This document shows, piece by piece, positions 20,165 to 29,962 of a stretch of 64,000 bases of DNA. Origin of the DNA: Thermoplasmata archaeon (GTDB lineage: Archaea; Thermoplasmatota; Thermoplasmata; GCA-020350865); contig CP070751.1 in the NCBI GenBank assembly GCA_020348445.1, positions 4,537,709 to 4,601,708 on the forward strand, read 5' to 3'. The notes under the pieces are model-generated. The model saw only the letters and a list, made by a program, of their open reading frames with translations. It had not been told where the DNA came from and made no database searches. A program made the position numbers and the translations under genes. Within the stretch, counting starts at the first letter, position 1. Each line of letters starts with the position of its first letter.

Positions 20165-20617
20165 TCAATCTCCTTTGAATTCATAGTTAATTTCTATGTC
20201 GCAGTTCACTGCATTAATCAAAGGGCATCTTGTTTTTGATTTTTCAAAGCAATTTTTAAGATCTTCCTGAAACCTCTTCTGGGCATAAACATGAAGTACC
20301 ATTTCGATTTTCAATATCTGCTCCTTTCCACTCATTTCGTGGCTCATCTCACCTCTTACATCTGTATTCACATCATCTAAAATAACGCCAACTTCCTGGG
20401 CGCATTTTGTAAATGTGGAGGTGAAACATGCACCTATACTAGCAAGAAATAATTCTCCGGGTGCAGGTGCAGAATTGGTTCCATACTTCCATTTGGGACC
20501 ATCAGCCTCTACCTCGAATCCCCTTATGAGGGTGGTGGTTTTGATACCCCCTTCCCAAAGGGTTTTTACGTGGGTTTTTATCTTTTTTATCTCCGTTTCG
20601 CCCTTTTCCATCGACAT
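20165..20617 (-). CDS. osmC: OsmC/Ohr-family protein
   Basis: APAPGELFLASIGACF and KTRCPLINAV carry the two conserved cysteines of the family. Confidence 0.85.
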   Translation of the reverse strand: MSMEKGETEIKKIKTHVKTLWEGGIKTTTLIRGFEVEADGPKWKYGTNSAPAPGELFLASIGACFTSTFTKCAQEVGVILDDVNTDVRGEMSHEMSGKEQILKIEMVLHVYAQKRFQEDLKNCFEKSKTRCPLINAVNCDIEINYEFKGD

Positions 20618-20836
20618 GGCAAATCCCTAAAGTTCTCTTTGTATATGTTTTTGTTGTATGTTCTTTTTGATTGTTACTTCTTAATTTGTATCAGATTATT
20701 CCTTTTATGATACTTAAACCGTTACCTTTAAATGTCATAGGATTAATAACGTAACGACGATTTGCAACCGTTATACGTCTATCTATATCCGATATTCGCA
20801 ATGAAGTTGACGATAACTCGATATGGGGACTTCGGT

Positions 20837-22333
20837 ATGAGTAAAGTATCAGATGAATTGTACGAAGAGATCACGACAATAACCGGCAAGGATAGGGTGA
20901 GAAACGATTCCTTCGAAAGACGGATGTATAGCCATGACTTGGCATCCCTGCCAAAATTAATGGAATTGGGTTTTAAAATGATGCCCGATCTTGTTGTTAA
21001 ACCCAAGTACGACGAGGAAATCTCCGAGGTAATGAAGATCGCGGCATCTGAGGGAATCCCCGTGGTTCCAAGAGGCGGGGCAAGCTGGGGTTTAGGAGGG
21101 GCAATGCCTGTTGAGGGGGGTATCGTACTGGACCTCACAAGAATGAACAAGATCCTGGAAATTGACGAGGAAAATCTCACCGCCTCAGTGGAACCAGGAA
21201 TCACATGGAAAATGCTACAGGAAAATCTCTTACGAAGAGGGTATATCATAGGATCATACCCAAGCTCCGCTTACGCTGCCACTGTTGGAGGCTGGATCAA
21301 TACCGGTGGTGTTGGTGTAGGTTCATACAAATATGGATCCGCAATAAACCAGATCATATCCATGGAAGTTGTACTGCCCACAGGTAGAATCATATCAACA
21401 AACGGGAAAAAATCGTCGAACTTTGGTGGAATTGACCTCAACAGGTTATTTTTCGGGGCTGAAGGTACCCTTGGAATAATAACAAAAGTGGGTGTGAGGA
21501 TCTATCCAGCACCCCAGGAACTACGCCCCGTATCCTATGCATTCTCAGATTTAAATGACTTATCAAAGACTGTAAGAGTCCTTACAAAAACCGATATTGT
21601 CCCGCTACATATTTCATTTTTAGATAGAAATCATTTCAAATTCCTCAGAGAGATAGGGATGGCAGAAGATATGCAACAGCTGGGAGGAATGCTGAATATT
21701 GCTCTGGAAGGGGATTCAGAGGTGATTGATTTAGAGGATGAGATCATAGAGAACATCGCTATTAAGTGCAAAGGAGAAAAGCAAAGCCAAGAATTCTCAG
21801 AGCATGAATGGAAGGAGAGGTTCTATGAACTTCGAACTAAAAGAGCCGGACCATCGGCGGTGCTCGGGGAAGTTTTCGTTCCTGTATCGAGTATGGGGAA
21901 TATGATTTCTGCAACAAATAAATTAATTGCAAAAATGAAGCTCAGGGCAGCGATAACGGGTATGGTCAGTGATAGAAATACCGTGGTTTTCATGCCATAT
22001 TATCTTTCAGACGAGCGTAAATTAATCAGAAACATAGCATCACTTTCCTTTGTCAAGAAATTGGGGGATCTTGCATTCGAACATGGAGGTAGACCTGCTG
22101 GACTGGGACTCTTTTTTTCTGGGAATATTAAGAGGATGTACGGTCATGGATATGGTGTGATGAGAGACCTCAAGGACGTCCTTGATCCATATGATGTGAT
22201 GAACCCTGGAAAAACCACCGAGGGACTCACAAGATTTGGAATCCCCATACCCTCTTTTGCATTGAACCTCGGAATGAATGTCATGTCCTGGGTAAAACAT
22301 CTTATGACCAAGGATAAAGGGGTGTCAGCTTGA
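20837..22333 (+). CDS. FAD-binding oxidoreductase, GlcD/D-lactate dehydrogenase family (copy 1)
   Basis: PDLVVKP, VVPRGGASW.LGGA.P..GGIVLDLTRMNKILEIDEE, PSSA..ATVGGWINTGG, GAEGTLGIITK, KDVLDPYDVMNPGK. Start ATG 20837 preferred. Confidence 0.9.
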   Translation: MSKVSDELYEEITTITGKDRVRNDSFERRMYSHDLASLPKLMELGFKMMPDLVVKPKYDEEISEVMKIAASEGIPVVPRGGASWGLGGAMPVEGGIVLDLTRMNKILEIDEENLTASVEPGITWKMLQENLLRRGYIIGSYPSSAYAATVGGWINTGGVGVGSYKYGSAINQIISMEVVLPTGRIISTNGKKSSNFGGIDLNRLFFGAEGTLGIITKVGVRIYPAPQELRPVSYAFSDLNDLSKTVRVLTKTDIVPLHISFLDRNHFKFLREIGMAEDMQQLGGMLNIALEGDSEVIDLEDEIIENIAIKCKGEKQSQEFSEHEWKERFYELRTKRAGPSAVLGEVFVPVSSMGNMISATNKLIAKMKLRAAITGMVSDRNTVVFMPYYLSDERKLIRNIASLSFVKKLGDLAFEHGGRPAGLGLFFSGNIKRMYGHGYGVMRDLKDVLDPYDVMNPGKTTEGLTRFGIPIPSFALNLGMNVMSWVKHLMTKDKGVSA

Positions 22334-23484
22334 AGGTGAAAATAGAGGGTATTTCAGATGATATGTATTCCTGCCTTCAGTGTGGGTACTGCACATCAAT
22401 ATGCCCTATGTTCGAACAATTAGGATGGGAATCAGCCTCACCAAGAGGTAAGATCTTCTATCTCAAGCAGTTAACACAGAGAAATTTTTTGGATAGGATT
22501 CTACGCAGGCAGATTGAAGTCAACGAGGACTTCATCGTGAGAATGTTCCAGTGCACAGGATGTGGGGCCTGCGAAGAGGTATGCCATGTAAACATCAAAT
22601 TACATGAGTTCTGGAAAAAGGTCAAGGAATGGCTGTTTGAAGAGGGTCTGATCAGTATAGAGGCCCACAAGAAAGTACATGACAGGATCCACGAGTTCAA
22701 GAATCCCTTTGCCGAACCTCCAGAAAACAGGGGAAACTGGCTTCCCGATGATGTGACTCTTTCTAAAAATCCCGAAGTGGTATTTTTCCAAGGATGCACA
22801 GAAGCTTACAGAAAACAGGAAATGGCTGTAACCACGGCAAGACTCCTTAACAAAGTGAACTTGCCCTTCACCATTCTTGGAGGGGATGAATGGTGCTGCG
22901 GCTCAATATGCATAAATACCGGACAAATAGACTACATTAAAGAATTCGCAAATCATAATGTCCAGGCTATTAAAAACACGGGGGCAAAGACATTGGTTGT
23001 CGCATGTGCAGGATGTTATAATACCATAAAAAACGAGTATCTAAAAATCGTTGGTGAATTGCCATTTGAATTGTACCACGTTTCCGAGTTTTTGGAGAAA
23101 TTGATTGCAGAAGGTAGAATAAAATTCACAAAACCTATTGAAAAGACCGTTACCTTTCACGATTCATGTCACCTGGGAAGAGGTGCCGGGGTTTTTGATG
23201 CTCCAAGGAAGGTTATAGAGAGTATACCAGGAATAAAGTTCGTTGAAATGGTGCGAAGTAGGGAGCTTTCCAGGTGCTGTGGTGCGGGGTGCGGATGTGT
23301 TGCGGCCTTTAAACCCATCGCTGTTGCCCTTGCAATGGAGAGAGTTTTAGAGGCACAAAATACAGGGGCCGAATTGATAATTACCACATGTCCATTCTGC
23401 AACCTAAATCTGAATAACGTAGCTATGGAGAACGGCCTCATCAAAACCATGGATGTTGTTCAATTGGCATATGAGGCCCTCTAG
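22330..23484 (+). CDS. HdrD/GlcF-like Fe-S protein with two complete CCG domains (copy 1)
   Basis: CLQCGYCTSICP and CTGCGACEEVC ferredoxin motifs. CCG sets FQGC..WCC..CAGC and DSC..RCC..CPFC. 4-nt overlap with the FAD gene. Confidence 0.9.
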   Translation: MKVKIEGISDDMYSCLQCGYCTSICPMFEQLGWESASPRGKIFYLKQLTQRNFLDRILRRQIEVNEDFIVRMFQCTGCGACEEVCHVNIKLHEFWKKVKEWLFEEGLISIEAHKKVHDRIHEFKNPFAEPPENRGNWLPDDVTLSKNPEVVFFQGCTEAYRKQEMAVTTARLLNKVNLPFTILGGDEWCCGSICINTGQIDYIKEFANHNVQAIKNTGAKTLVVACAGCYNTIKNEYLKIVGELPFELYHVSEFLEKLIAEGRIKFTKPIEKTVTFHDSCHLGRGAGVFDAPRKVIESIPGIKFVEMVRSRELSRCCGAGCGCVAAFKPIAVALAMERVLEAQNTGAELIITTCPFCNLNLNNVAMENGLIKTMDVVQLAYEAL

Positions 23485-23550
23485 GATTGTTTAACAATAT
23501 TTTCAATATCTCAAATTACATTTAAGAACTTAATTCTTAAAATATTTCTT

Positions 23551-24792
23551 TTAATCCATTACCTGCTTTACCAGCTCATCACAATCGAGTAAAATAACAG
23601 TGTAGTACGAGACCCAAACAACTGTTTCGAATCCCCCCTTAAGATTTTCCAAACCAGGAGCTTCGGCCACCATTGTGGCAAGATCATCTGCTTTGTTGTG
23701 ATATCCAAAATATACAATCTTACCAGCGTAATAGATGGTGGGAACACCGATGGGCCAGAAGCTAGCCTGATCAGAACTGCCCTCACTGGTCTCCTTGACA
23801 TCAAAGCCTGTTGAAGGATACCCGAGAATATCATTTATTACCCTGTTGCTTATGTTCAACAGTTCCGGGTTCTCCACCTCGTTTTCATTCTCATCCGGAC
23901 CTGCAAGCACATTCAATTGCCACAACTGGGGCCAGTTGAGGCCCACCATGTCGTAATTAAGATAAGTCTTTACAGTAACACCATCTGGAATGTTCTCAGC
24001 AAAGTGCGATGATCCCCATAAACCCTGCTCTTCCCCTGACCAAAGGCAAAAGACGATGGTCCTGTCGGTTTTCATCATCGATACAGCTTTGGCTACCTCG
24101 AGCACAGCGATTGTTCCGGCGGCATTATCGTAGGCGCCCTCTATGGTCTTTTCTTTGATATCGTAATGACCTCCTAAAACGATCCATTCCTTTGGTCTTT
24201 CAACACCCCAATGATATCCCACGACATTCATAACATCCCTGCTTTCGCGCTGAAATTGTTGGATCTCGGTTTCCAGCCCAAAGCTAGATAGTTCTTGTTT
24301 CAAGTAGTTAGCAACTGAAGTCATGTGAGGAAAACCAGTTGAGCGTTTTGCATATCTTGAAGTAAAGGTCCTCATGTAGCTGTAATATTCATCCCCAGAA
24401 ACCAAGGACCCAGCATCCGGTTCAACTGAAACCGATATATCATCTTCAAAGGAGTCACTAGAAATTTTAATGGAAAATGTATCGGTTGCGGTGGGTGGAA
24501 GGAGAAGCTGCAATGTTTGAATGGGCTTGTTTAATAACATAGTGCTGTTGGAAGAAATCGTGTTGTCTTCCACAATGAGAATATTGCTTGGAACTGATAC
24601 AGTAAGGCTCTCTAGGTTGGATTCAAGTTCAAAAGAACATACCGAACCTGCCTGTGCAGTAAGGGGCGCCAATTTGACATATGGCTCTTGTTCTTGTCTT
24701 CCAAACTCCAATCCTCCGCCAAGAAAGCCCAGCAATATTACTAGGACCACCAATACTATGATAACGGGCCCAAACTTTTTCAATTTCGACAT
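23551..24792 (-). CDS. Membrane-anchored M28-family aminopeptidase
   Basis: VLGGHYD, GAYDNAAG, WSGEEQGLWGS, LNYDMVG, GYH Zn-ligand motifs and an N-terminal TM. Confidence 0.9.
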   Translation of the reverse strand: MSKLKKFGPVIIVLVVLVILLGFLGGGLEFGRQEQEPYVKLAPLTAQAGSVCSFELESNLESLTVSVPSNILIVEDNTISSNSTMLLNKPIQTLQLLLPPTATDTFSIKISSDSFEDDISVSVEPDAGSLVSGDEYYSYMRTFTSRYAKRSTGFPHMTSVANYLKQELSSFGLETEIQQFQRESRDVMNVVGYHWGVERPKEWIVLGGHYDIKEKTIEGAYDNAAGTIAVLEVAKAVSMMKTDRTIVFCLWSGEEQGLWGSSHFAENIPDGVTVKTYLNYDMVGLNWPQLWQLNVLAGPDENENEVENPELLNISNRVINDILGYPSTGFDVKETSEGSSDQASFWPIGVPTIYYAGKIVYFGYHNKADDLATMVAEAPGLENLKGGFETVVWVSYYTVILLDCDELVKQVMD

Positions 24793-25058
24793 ATATATGA
24801 TAAATGACGGGAGAGGTTATAAAATTTGTTGATTTTCAGGGAAAAGTTCCCTATTTAGCGGGCCTTATCAGCAAAGTTACTGCCTTTTTTCACTGAGAAT
24901 TTAATAAAATGGCGATTTCCGTTGATTCATAACTCCATTACGCAACGAAAACGATATATATTCTCATAATCCTTCACCTCTTTTATATTCTATCCCAAAC
25001 ATGAGGTTATGCTCATGGATTAGGGGGGATAAAGATAAATAGATAGGAGGACGAAAAC

Positions 25059-25475
25059 ATGGATATCGAAGGATATGACATGCCAGATGATCTTTATTAC
25101 CATGCCGAACACACCTGGGTAAGAAAAGAGGGTGATATTGGTGTGGTGGGAATAAACGATTTCGCACAGAAAATGGCAGGCACCATCAAACGAGTTGTGA
25201 CTCTTGACGAAGAGGATGAGGTTGCCCAGGGAAAACCTTGCGGAACAATCAGCAGTGGGAAGTGGACAGGAAAACTTTACTCACCTATTTCCGGAGAAAT
25301 CGTGGAAATAAACGAGGACATCGAAGATGAACCCAAATTGATAAATGATTCTCCATACGGTGAGGGTTGGGTATTCAAAGTTAAGCTGTCCGATGAAGGC
25401 GAATTTGGCTCCTTGTTTCATGGAGACAAGGTAGCTGAATGGCTTAAAAGTGAAATCGCCAAACACAAGCAGTAA
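25059..25475 (+). CDS. Lipoyl carrier protein, GcvH fold, LbpA-like (copy 1)
   Basis: LYYHAEHTW, GINDFAQ, lipoyl-Lys motif TISSGKWTG, SPISGEIVEIN, INDSPYGEGW. SGKW resembles LbpA (ESGKW) more than canonical GcvH (ESVKA). Confidence 0.9.
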   Translation: MDIEGYDMPDDLYYHAEHTWVRKEGDIGVVGINDFAQKMAGTIKRVVTLDEEDEVAQGKPCGTISSGKWTGKLYSPISGEIVEINEDIEDEPKLINDSPYGEGWVFKVKLSDEGEFGSLFHGDKVAEWLKSEIAKHKQ

Positions 25476-25552
25476 TAAAGCTACATAGAATCTGCTAATT
25501 GTAATATGCAAAAAAACCTCTTTATTTACATAAATGGGTAATTAGAAAATGT

Positions 25553-26686
25553 CTAGGCCGACTCCAGCTCCTCCTCCTTAAACGTTGCCAGGGGCAACTC
25601 TTCTTCTAGACTTCTTCCGGCAACATAATTAAAAAGTGCCTGAACATCTGAGCCAAATGCATGGTAGATTGCGAGCAGAGGTAACTTGCTTGGACATGCA
25701 GATTCACACATACCGCAGGAGACACAGGATGTGATCATGTGGTTCATCCTGCCAATATGATATAGTGTTGTATCTATTGGCATTCTCACCACTTTTCGTT
25801 TTTCTGATTTGTCAAGAAGCTGCTTAGGCGAGGGTTTTAGAATATCAGAATCAAAAAAGCATTCCTTGCAGTAGCAAATAGGACACACTTTCATACAGTT
25901 ATGGCAATTGATACAACTTGCGAGGACGGTCATATATCCTGCAATGTCCTTTACCTCCTCTTTGACCTGTGCATCCAATTTTTCCCGGGCTTCAGCCTTA
26001 ACCTTAAACAATTGCTCGAGAGCCTTCTTTCTGCTTTCGGGATCTTCTTCCTCAGAAAGCTCCATTCCTATGGCACCTAAAAACTCTTCCCCCTTTGGTG
26101 TGTTTGCCTTTAAAAGGACCTCCTTTTGAAGGTTCAGTCCAATTGTGCATATGGAGACATCAGCATTATCCATAACAGGTAGCTCGCAGATCTGACACGC
26201 CGATCGCAAATCCAGACCCAAGAGCGATTCCTTTCCCCCTTTCTGAACATCAAAAAGCAGTTTCATTGTCAAACCATTTTCGGATTTTTGAGCAAGTTCG
26301 ACATATTCTGGGACAGGCAATGTTCCAAGACAATCAACTGAAATCAAAGTAACATTATCCAGATTTATCTGGTTGAGTTTTGCAAGCTCGAATACTGCAC
26401 GCAGCTCGCAGGGGCGAAACACGACAACAATCCTCTCTTGGGATGCCTGGTCAGTTGTTTTTACCAGAATGTCTGCAGAATTGGAGGGCAATACAAATGC
26501 AAATGGATTTAAAGCACGAAGTCCCGCAGGATACCTCACCAGGGTCTGGACCGTACAGGCACCTGAAGGAACATCCTGGGGTACTATCAATACATCTGCA
26601 GCATCTTTTTCCAGCATCTTTTTGAATAACTCATTCACTGTGGATAACAAGTCTTCTTCAACATTCAATCTTACATTCTTGGACAT
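25553..26686 (-). CDS. FdhB/FrhB-C-like Fe-S protein (F420/flavin-interacting beta-subunit family)
   Basis: FRPCELRA, SVDCLG, RSACQIC, CINCHNCMKVCPICYCKEC, CVSCGMCESACP. Real start ATG 26686 (or 26692) after GGAGTG; the longer ORF-track call overlaps mvhD. Confidence 0.82.
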   Translation of the reverse strand: MSKNVRLNVEEDLLSTVNELFKKMLEKDAADVLIVPQDVPSGACTVQTLVRYPAGLRALNPFAFVLPSNSADILVKTTDQASQERIVVVFRPCELRAVFELAKLNQINLDNVTLISVDCLGTLPVPEYVELAQKSENGLTMKLLFDVQKGGKESLLGLDLRSACQICELPVMDNADVSICTIGLNLQKEVLLKANTPKGEEFLGAIGMELSEEEDPESRKKALEQLFKVKAEAREKLDAQVKEEVKDIAGYMTVLASCINCHNCMKVCPICYCKECFFDSDILKPSPKQLLDKSEKRKVVRMPIDTTLYHIGRMNHMITSCVSCGMCESACPSKLPLLAIYHAFGSDVQALFNYVAGRSLEEELPLATFKEEELESA

Positions 26687-26697
26687 TCTCATCACTC

Positions 26698-27171
26698 CTA
26701 GATATCCCACTCCTTTTTGATGGGATTCGGCCCCATCTTCTTGGTCTCCTTGACCATCTCGTTCACAGTATCTGCAAATTTCTGACCCTCGCTTGCGGAA
26801 ATCCACTCCAGACGGATCCGCCTCTCCTCCAAACCTAGGTTTTCCAGGAGTTTTTTCAGTATGGCGATCCTCCTTCTCGCCTTGAAGTTGCCTGATAGAT
26901 AATGACAGTCTCCAGGATGACATCCAGCTACTAAAACAGAATCTGCACCCTCCAGTAGAGCCTTTATAACATATACAGGATCCACAGCCCCTGTGCACAT
27001 CACCCTAATGGGAATAAAATTTGGAGGGTACTGCAGCCTGGATACACCAGCTAAATCTGCACCTGTGTATGAACACCAGTTGCAGAGAAAACCGATGATC
27101 TTGGGCTCGAAATCTCCCTCTTTATCATCCGATACAACTTCGTTTTCTTTTGGTTGGGCTTCAGTTACCAT
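26698..27171 (-). CDS. mvhD: MvhD/FlpD [2Fe-2S] subunit (short form)
   Basis: GFLCNWCSY.GAD.AG, IRVMCTG.VDP, GCHPGDCHY, WISASEG. SD GAGGTG before ATG 27171. Confidence 0.95.
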   Translation of the reverse strand: MVTEAQPKENEVVSDDKEGDFEPKIIGFLCNWCSYTGADLAGVSRLQYPPNFIPIRVMCTGAVDPVYVIKALLEGADSVLVAGCHPGDCHYLSGNFKARRRIAILKKLLENLGLEERRIRLEWISASEGQKFADTVNEMVKETKKMGPNPIKKEWDI

Positions 27172-27183
27172 ATCCTTCACCTC

Positions 27184-28896
27184 TTAAATCAACTCATCAA
27201 TTTGAGCTAGAATCTCCTTATTTGAATATCCTATCAATTGGGGCACACCACCAGGACATGCCATGGCACATGCCCCACACCCCTGACATACTGCAAGATT
27301 CACACTTGAAATCAACCTGGACTCTTCTGTTACATGATCCTTTACATTTTTCATGTAAATTGCTTCGTAGGGACAAAGCTCCTCGCAGATCCTACACCCT
27401 GCACATCTTGTTTCGTCTATAACAGAATGAATAGAACGGGCTGTAAAGCCTTTCTTCATAATACCTGCAATCTCCCTGACCGCTTTTTTGGCATCCGAAA
27501 TAGAGCGAGCAACACCTCTTGGCCCCTGTGCACATCCAGCTATACTTATCCCCCGCCTGTCCAGAATTTCGAATCTGTCGTTGTAGTATCCTAAAAATCC
27601 ATCCTTGTCAAGGGGTAGATGAACCATGTCAGCTAATTTTTGGGTTTCCACTGAGGCCTGCTGACCAACGGATAATACCACCAAATCCGAAGGAAGGCTC
27701 ATGATGTCCCCAAGCTCGATATGCTCGGTTCTCAGAATTAAATTCTTGCCGTCCTTTTGGATCTCTGCCACCCTTCCTCGGATAAAGTTGACGCCCTTTT
27801 TCTGGGCATCCAGGAAGTACTCCTCAAATCCGCACTCTGGTCCCCGAAGATCCATGTAATGAATATATACCTCGGTATCAGGATAAAGGATTTTTATCTT
27901 TGCAGCCTGTTTTATGGCATATGTGCAACATACCAAGGAACAGTGGGCATTACCTTTGTTTTCGTCCCTTGAACCGACGCATTGTATAAAGTTGATCCGT
28001 TTTGGAATCTCCCCTGAAGAAGGCACCTTTACTTCATCCTTGACAAGCATTTTCTCAAGTTCAAAGAAATCGATTACATCTGCATCATCGTATTTGTATT
28101 CTAGAATTCGTATGGCATCAAAAAGCTCAGAGCCAGTGGCAATGACGATGGCTCCAACATCCAGTTCTTCTTCTTTGTCTTTGGATGCAATTTTCACCTT
28201 GTAATCACCAAGGGTTCCATTGACATCCACAACCTCTGATTCCAGCATTACATGGAATTTATCGCTTTTTATTAATTCATTTATATTTGGAAGTATAACA
28301 TCTTCCTCGCTAAGCCTCTGAGTGTCCAGTTCATAGGCCCTTCCCCCGAGTTTATCTGTCTTCTCCACCAGGTGCACACTGATTTCATTTTTTATCAATT
28401 CCAAGGCAGATGTGATGCCTGCGATTCCACCGCCTATTATCAACACATTGTTGTTTTTAAGTATGACTTGCTTATCAAGTACTTCTTGGGCAAAGGCTAC
28501 CCTGGCTATGCTCCCTAGAACTAGAAAGACAGCTTTTTCTGTTGCAGACTTTTCATCAGGATGTATCCATTCACAAAGCTCTCTTATGTTCACATGCTCC
28601 ACTAGATGTCTGTTGATTCCTGCCTCCAATGCTCCCTTGTTAATTACCTCTTCGTAAGTTCTTGGAGTGCAGCCAACCAGAACTATCCTGTCAACATCTG
28701 TATTGGATATCTGATCTTTTAAGAAAGCCTGGCCATCTTTTTCACATAGCTTGTCGTGGCGAATGCAAAGGACAACATCTGGATTCTCTTTGACCCTGCT
28801 CTCCAGTTCATTTAAATCCACATTCTTCCCAATGGAACCCTTGCAGGTGCAGAAGAACACACCAATTTTTGGTTTCCTTGAACTAGTTCCCCTCAA
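27184..28896 (-). CDS. hdrA: HdrA-like flavoprotein, C-terminal half of a split HdrA
   Basis: VFFCTCKG..CEKDG..GCTPRTYE, GGGIAG, QCVGSRD..HCSLVCC, C-terminal CAGCRICEELCP and CQGCGACAMACP. TTG start with SD GGAGGTGA. Confidence 0.85.
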   Translation of the reverse strand: MRGTSSRKPKIGVFFCTCKGSIGKNVDLNELESRVKENPDVVLCIRHDKLCEKDGQAFLKDQISNTDVDRIVLVGCTPRTYEEVINKGALEAGINRHLVEHVNIRELCEWIHPDEKSATEKAVFLVLGSIARVAFAQEVLDKQVILKNNNVLIIGGGIAGITSALELIKNEISVHLVEKTDKLGGRAYELDTQRLSEEDVILPNINELIKSDKFHVMLESEVVDVNGTLGDYKVKIASKDKEEELDVGAIVIATGSELFDAIRILEYKYDDADVIDFFELEKMLVKDEVKVPSSGEIPKRINFIQCVGSRDENKGNAHCSLVCCTYAIKQAAKIKILYPDTEVYIHYMDLRGPECGFEEYFLDAQKKGVNFIRGRVAEIQKDGKNLILRTEHIELGDIMSLPSDLVVLSVGQQASVETQKLADMVHLPLDKDGFLGYYNDRFEILDRRGISIAGCAQGPRGVARSISDAKKAVREIAGIMKKGFTARSIHSVIDETRCAGCRICEELCPYEAIYMKNVKDHVTEESRLISSVNLAVCQGCGACAMACPGGVPQLIGYSNKEILAQIDELI

Positions 28897-29962
28897 CTAC
28901 TTCACCTCCATCAAGGAAATCCGCAATTTCTAGGGCAGCTCTTTTAGCATCCTCAACAGAATACCTGATGCCTCTTGGCCCCAGGGCGCATCCTGCTACG
29001 GCGATTCCTTTGGTCCCGTTTCCAAATACAAAACCATTGGATTGAAGAGCAAGATTTAATGATTCGGCTATTTTATCACTGCCCCTATGAGGCTCCTGCC
29101 CAACAGTCAGAACAACAAGATCACTTTTAATCTCCATTAACTCCCCAGAATCGATGTTTTCGGTGCTAACAACCAAATCCCAATTATCCTTTTGAACAGA
29201 AGCAACCCTGCCCCTGATAAATTGCACTCCAATCTCTTGAGCCTCTTTGTAGAATTCCTCAAATCCTCTGTATGCCGCCCTAAGATCCATGTAATGAATG
29301 TAAACTTCCATATCTGGGTATTTTGTCTTCAAATCCTTTGCCTGGCCTATGGCATAAGTGCAACACACTATGGAACAGTGTTGGTTGCCCTTGTTGGAAT
29401 CCCTGCTTCCAACACATAATAAGAAATTAACTGTTTCAGGAATCTTACCATCCGATGGTCTTGCAAAGGATTCAGCTTCTCCTCGCTGAGATACAATCAT
29501 TTTTTCAAGTTCCAAAAATGTAATTACATCATCATATCGATCGTGCCCGTACTCCTTTATTTTATCTGCATCAAATGTTGTGGAGCCCGTTGCCATAATG
29601 ATGGCATTAACGTTCAGGTTTCGCGTTTCACCACCTGTATTCAGCGTGATTTGAAAGTTGCCTGGCTCCCCAGAAATATCATCAACTTCTGTTCCAAGCA
29701 TAATTTCTATATTCTCGTTCTGAAACAGCTCTCCGAACTTGGGTGTAAATATACATTCCCGACAGTAATCCATGCAACAACCATCTGACTTGCACTCGTG
29801 GGTTCTATAAGTTCTGCTGAGTTTGTACGCCCTTCCCCCTAGCTCTTCTTGCCTTTCAACAAGGAATGTCTGGATACCATAATTTGCCAGGTCCAGTGAG
29901 GCCTGCATTCCCGCCACACCACCTCCTATGACAAGTGCGGATTTAATACTGTCAGAGCTCAT
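28883..29962 (-). CDS. hdrA: HdrA-like flavoprotein, N-terminal half of a split HdrA
   Basis: ALVIGGGVAGMQASLDLA, ELGGRA, LCVGSRD..HCSIVCC, GCALGPRGI. Lacks the inserted ferredoxin domain and has an atypical CKSDGCCMDYCREC loop. Confidence 0.85.
   Translation of the reverse strand: MSSDSIKSALVIGGGVAGMQASLDLANYGIQTFLVERQEELGGRAYKLSRTYRTHECKSDGCCMDYCRECIFTPKFGELFQNENIEIMLGTEVDDISGEPGNFQITLNTGGETRNLNVNAIIMATGSTTFDADKIKEYGHDRYDDVITFLELEKMIVSQRGEAESFARPSDGKIPETVNFLLCVGSRDSNKGNQHCSIVCCTYAIGQAKDLKTKYPDMEVYIHYMDLRAAYRGFEEFYKEAQEIGVQFIRGRVASVQKDNWDLVVSTENIDSGELMEIKSDLVVLTVGQEPHRGSDKIAESLNLALQSNGFVFGNGTKGIAVAGCALGPRGIRYSVEDAKRAALEIADFLDGGEVVEGN

Noticed and set aside
26687-26998. 102-aa N-terminal extension of the FdhB-like ORF in the ORF track
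   Set aside because: It overlaps mvhD on the same strand in another frame. A good SD and ATG exist at 26686/26692 and family similarity starts there.
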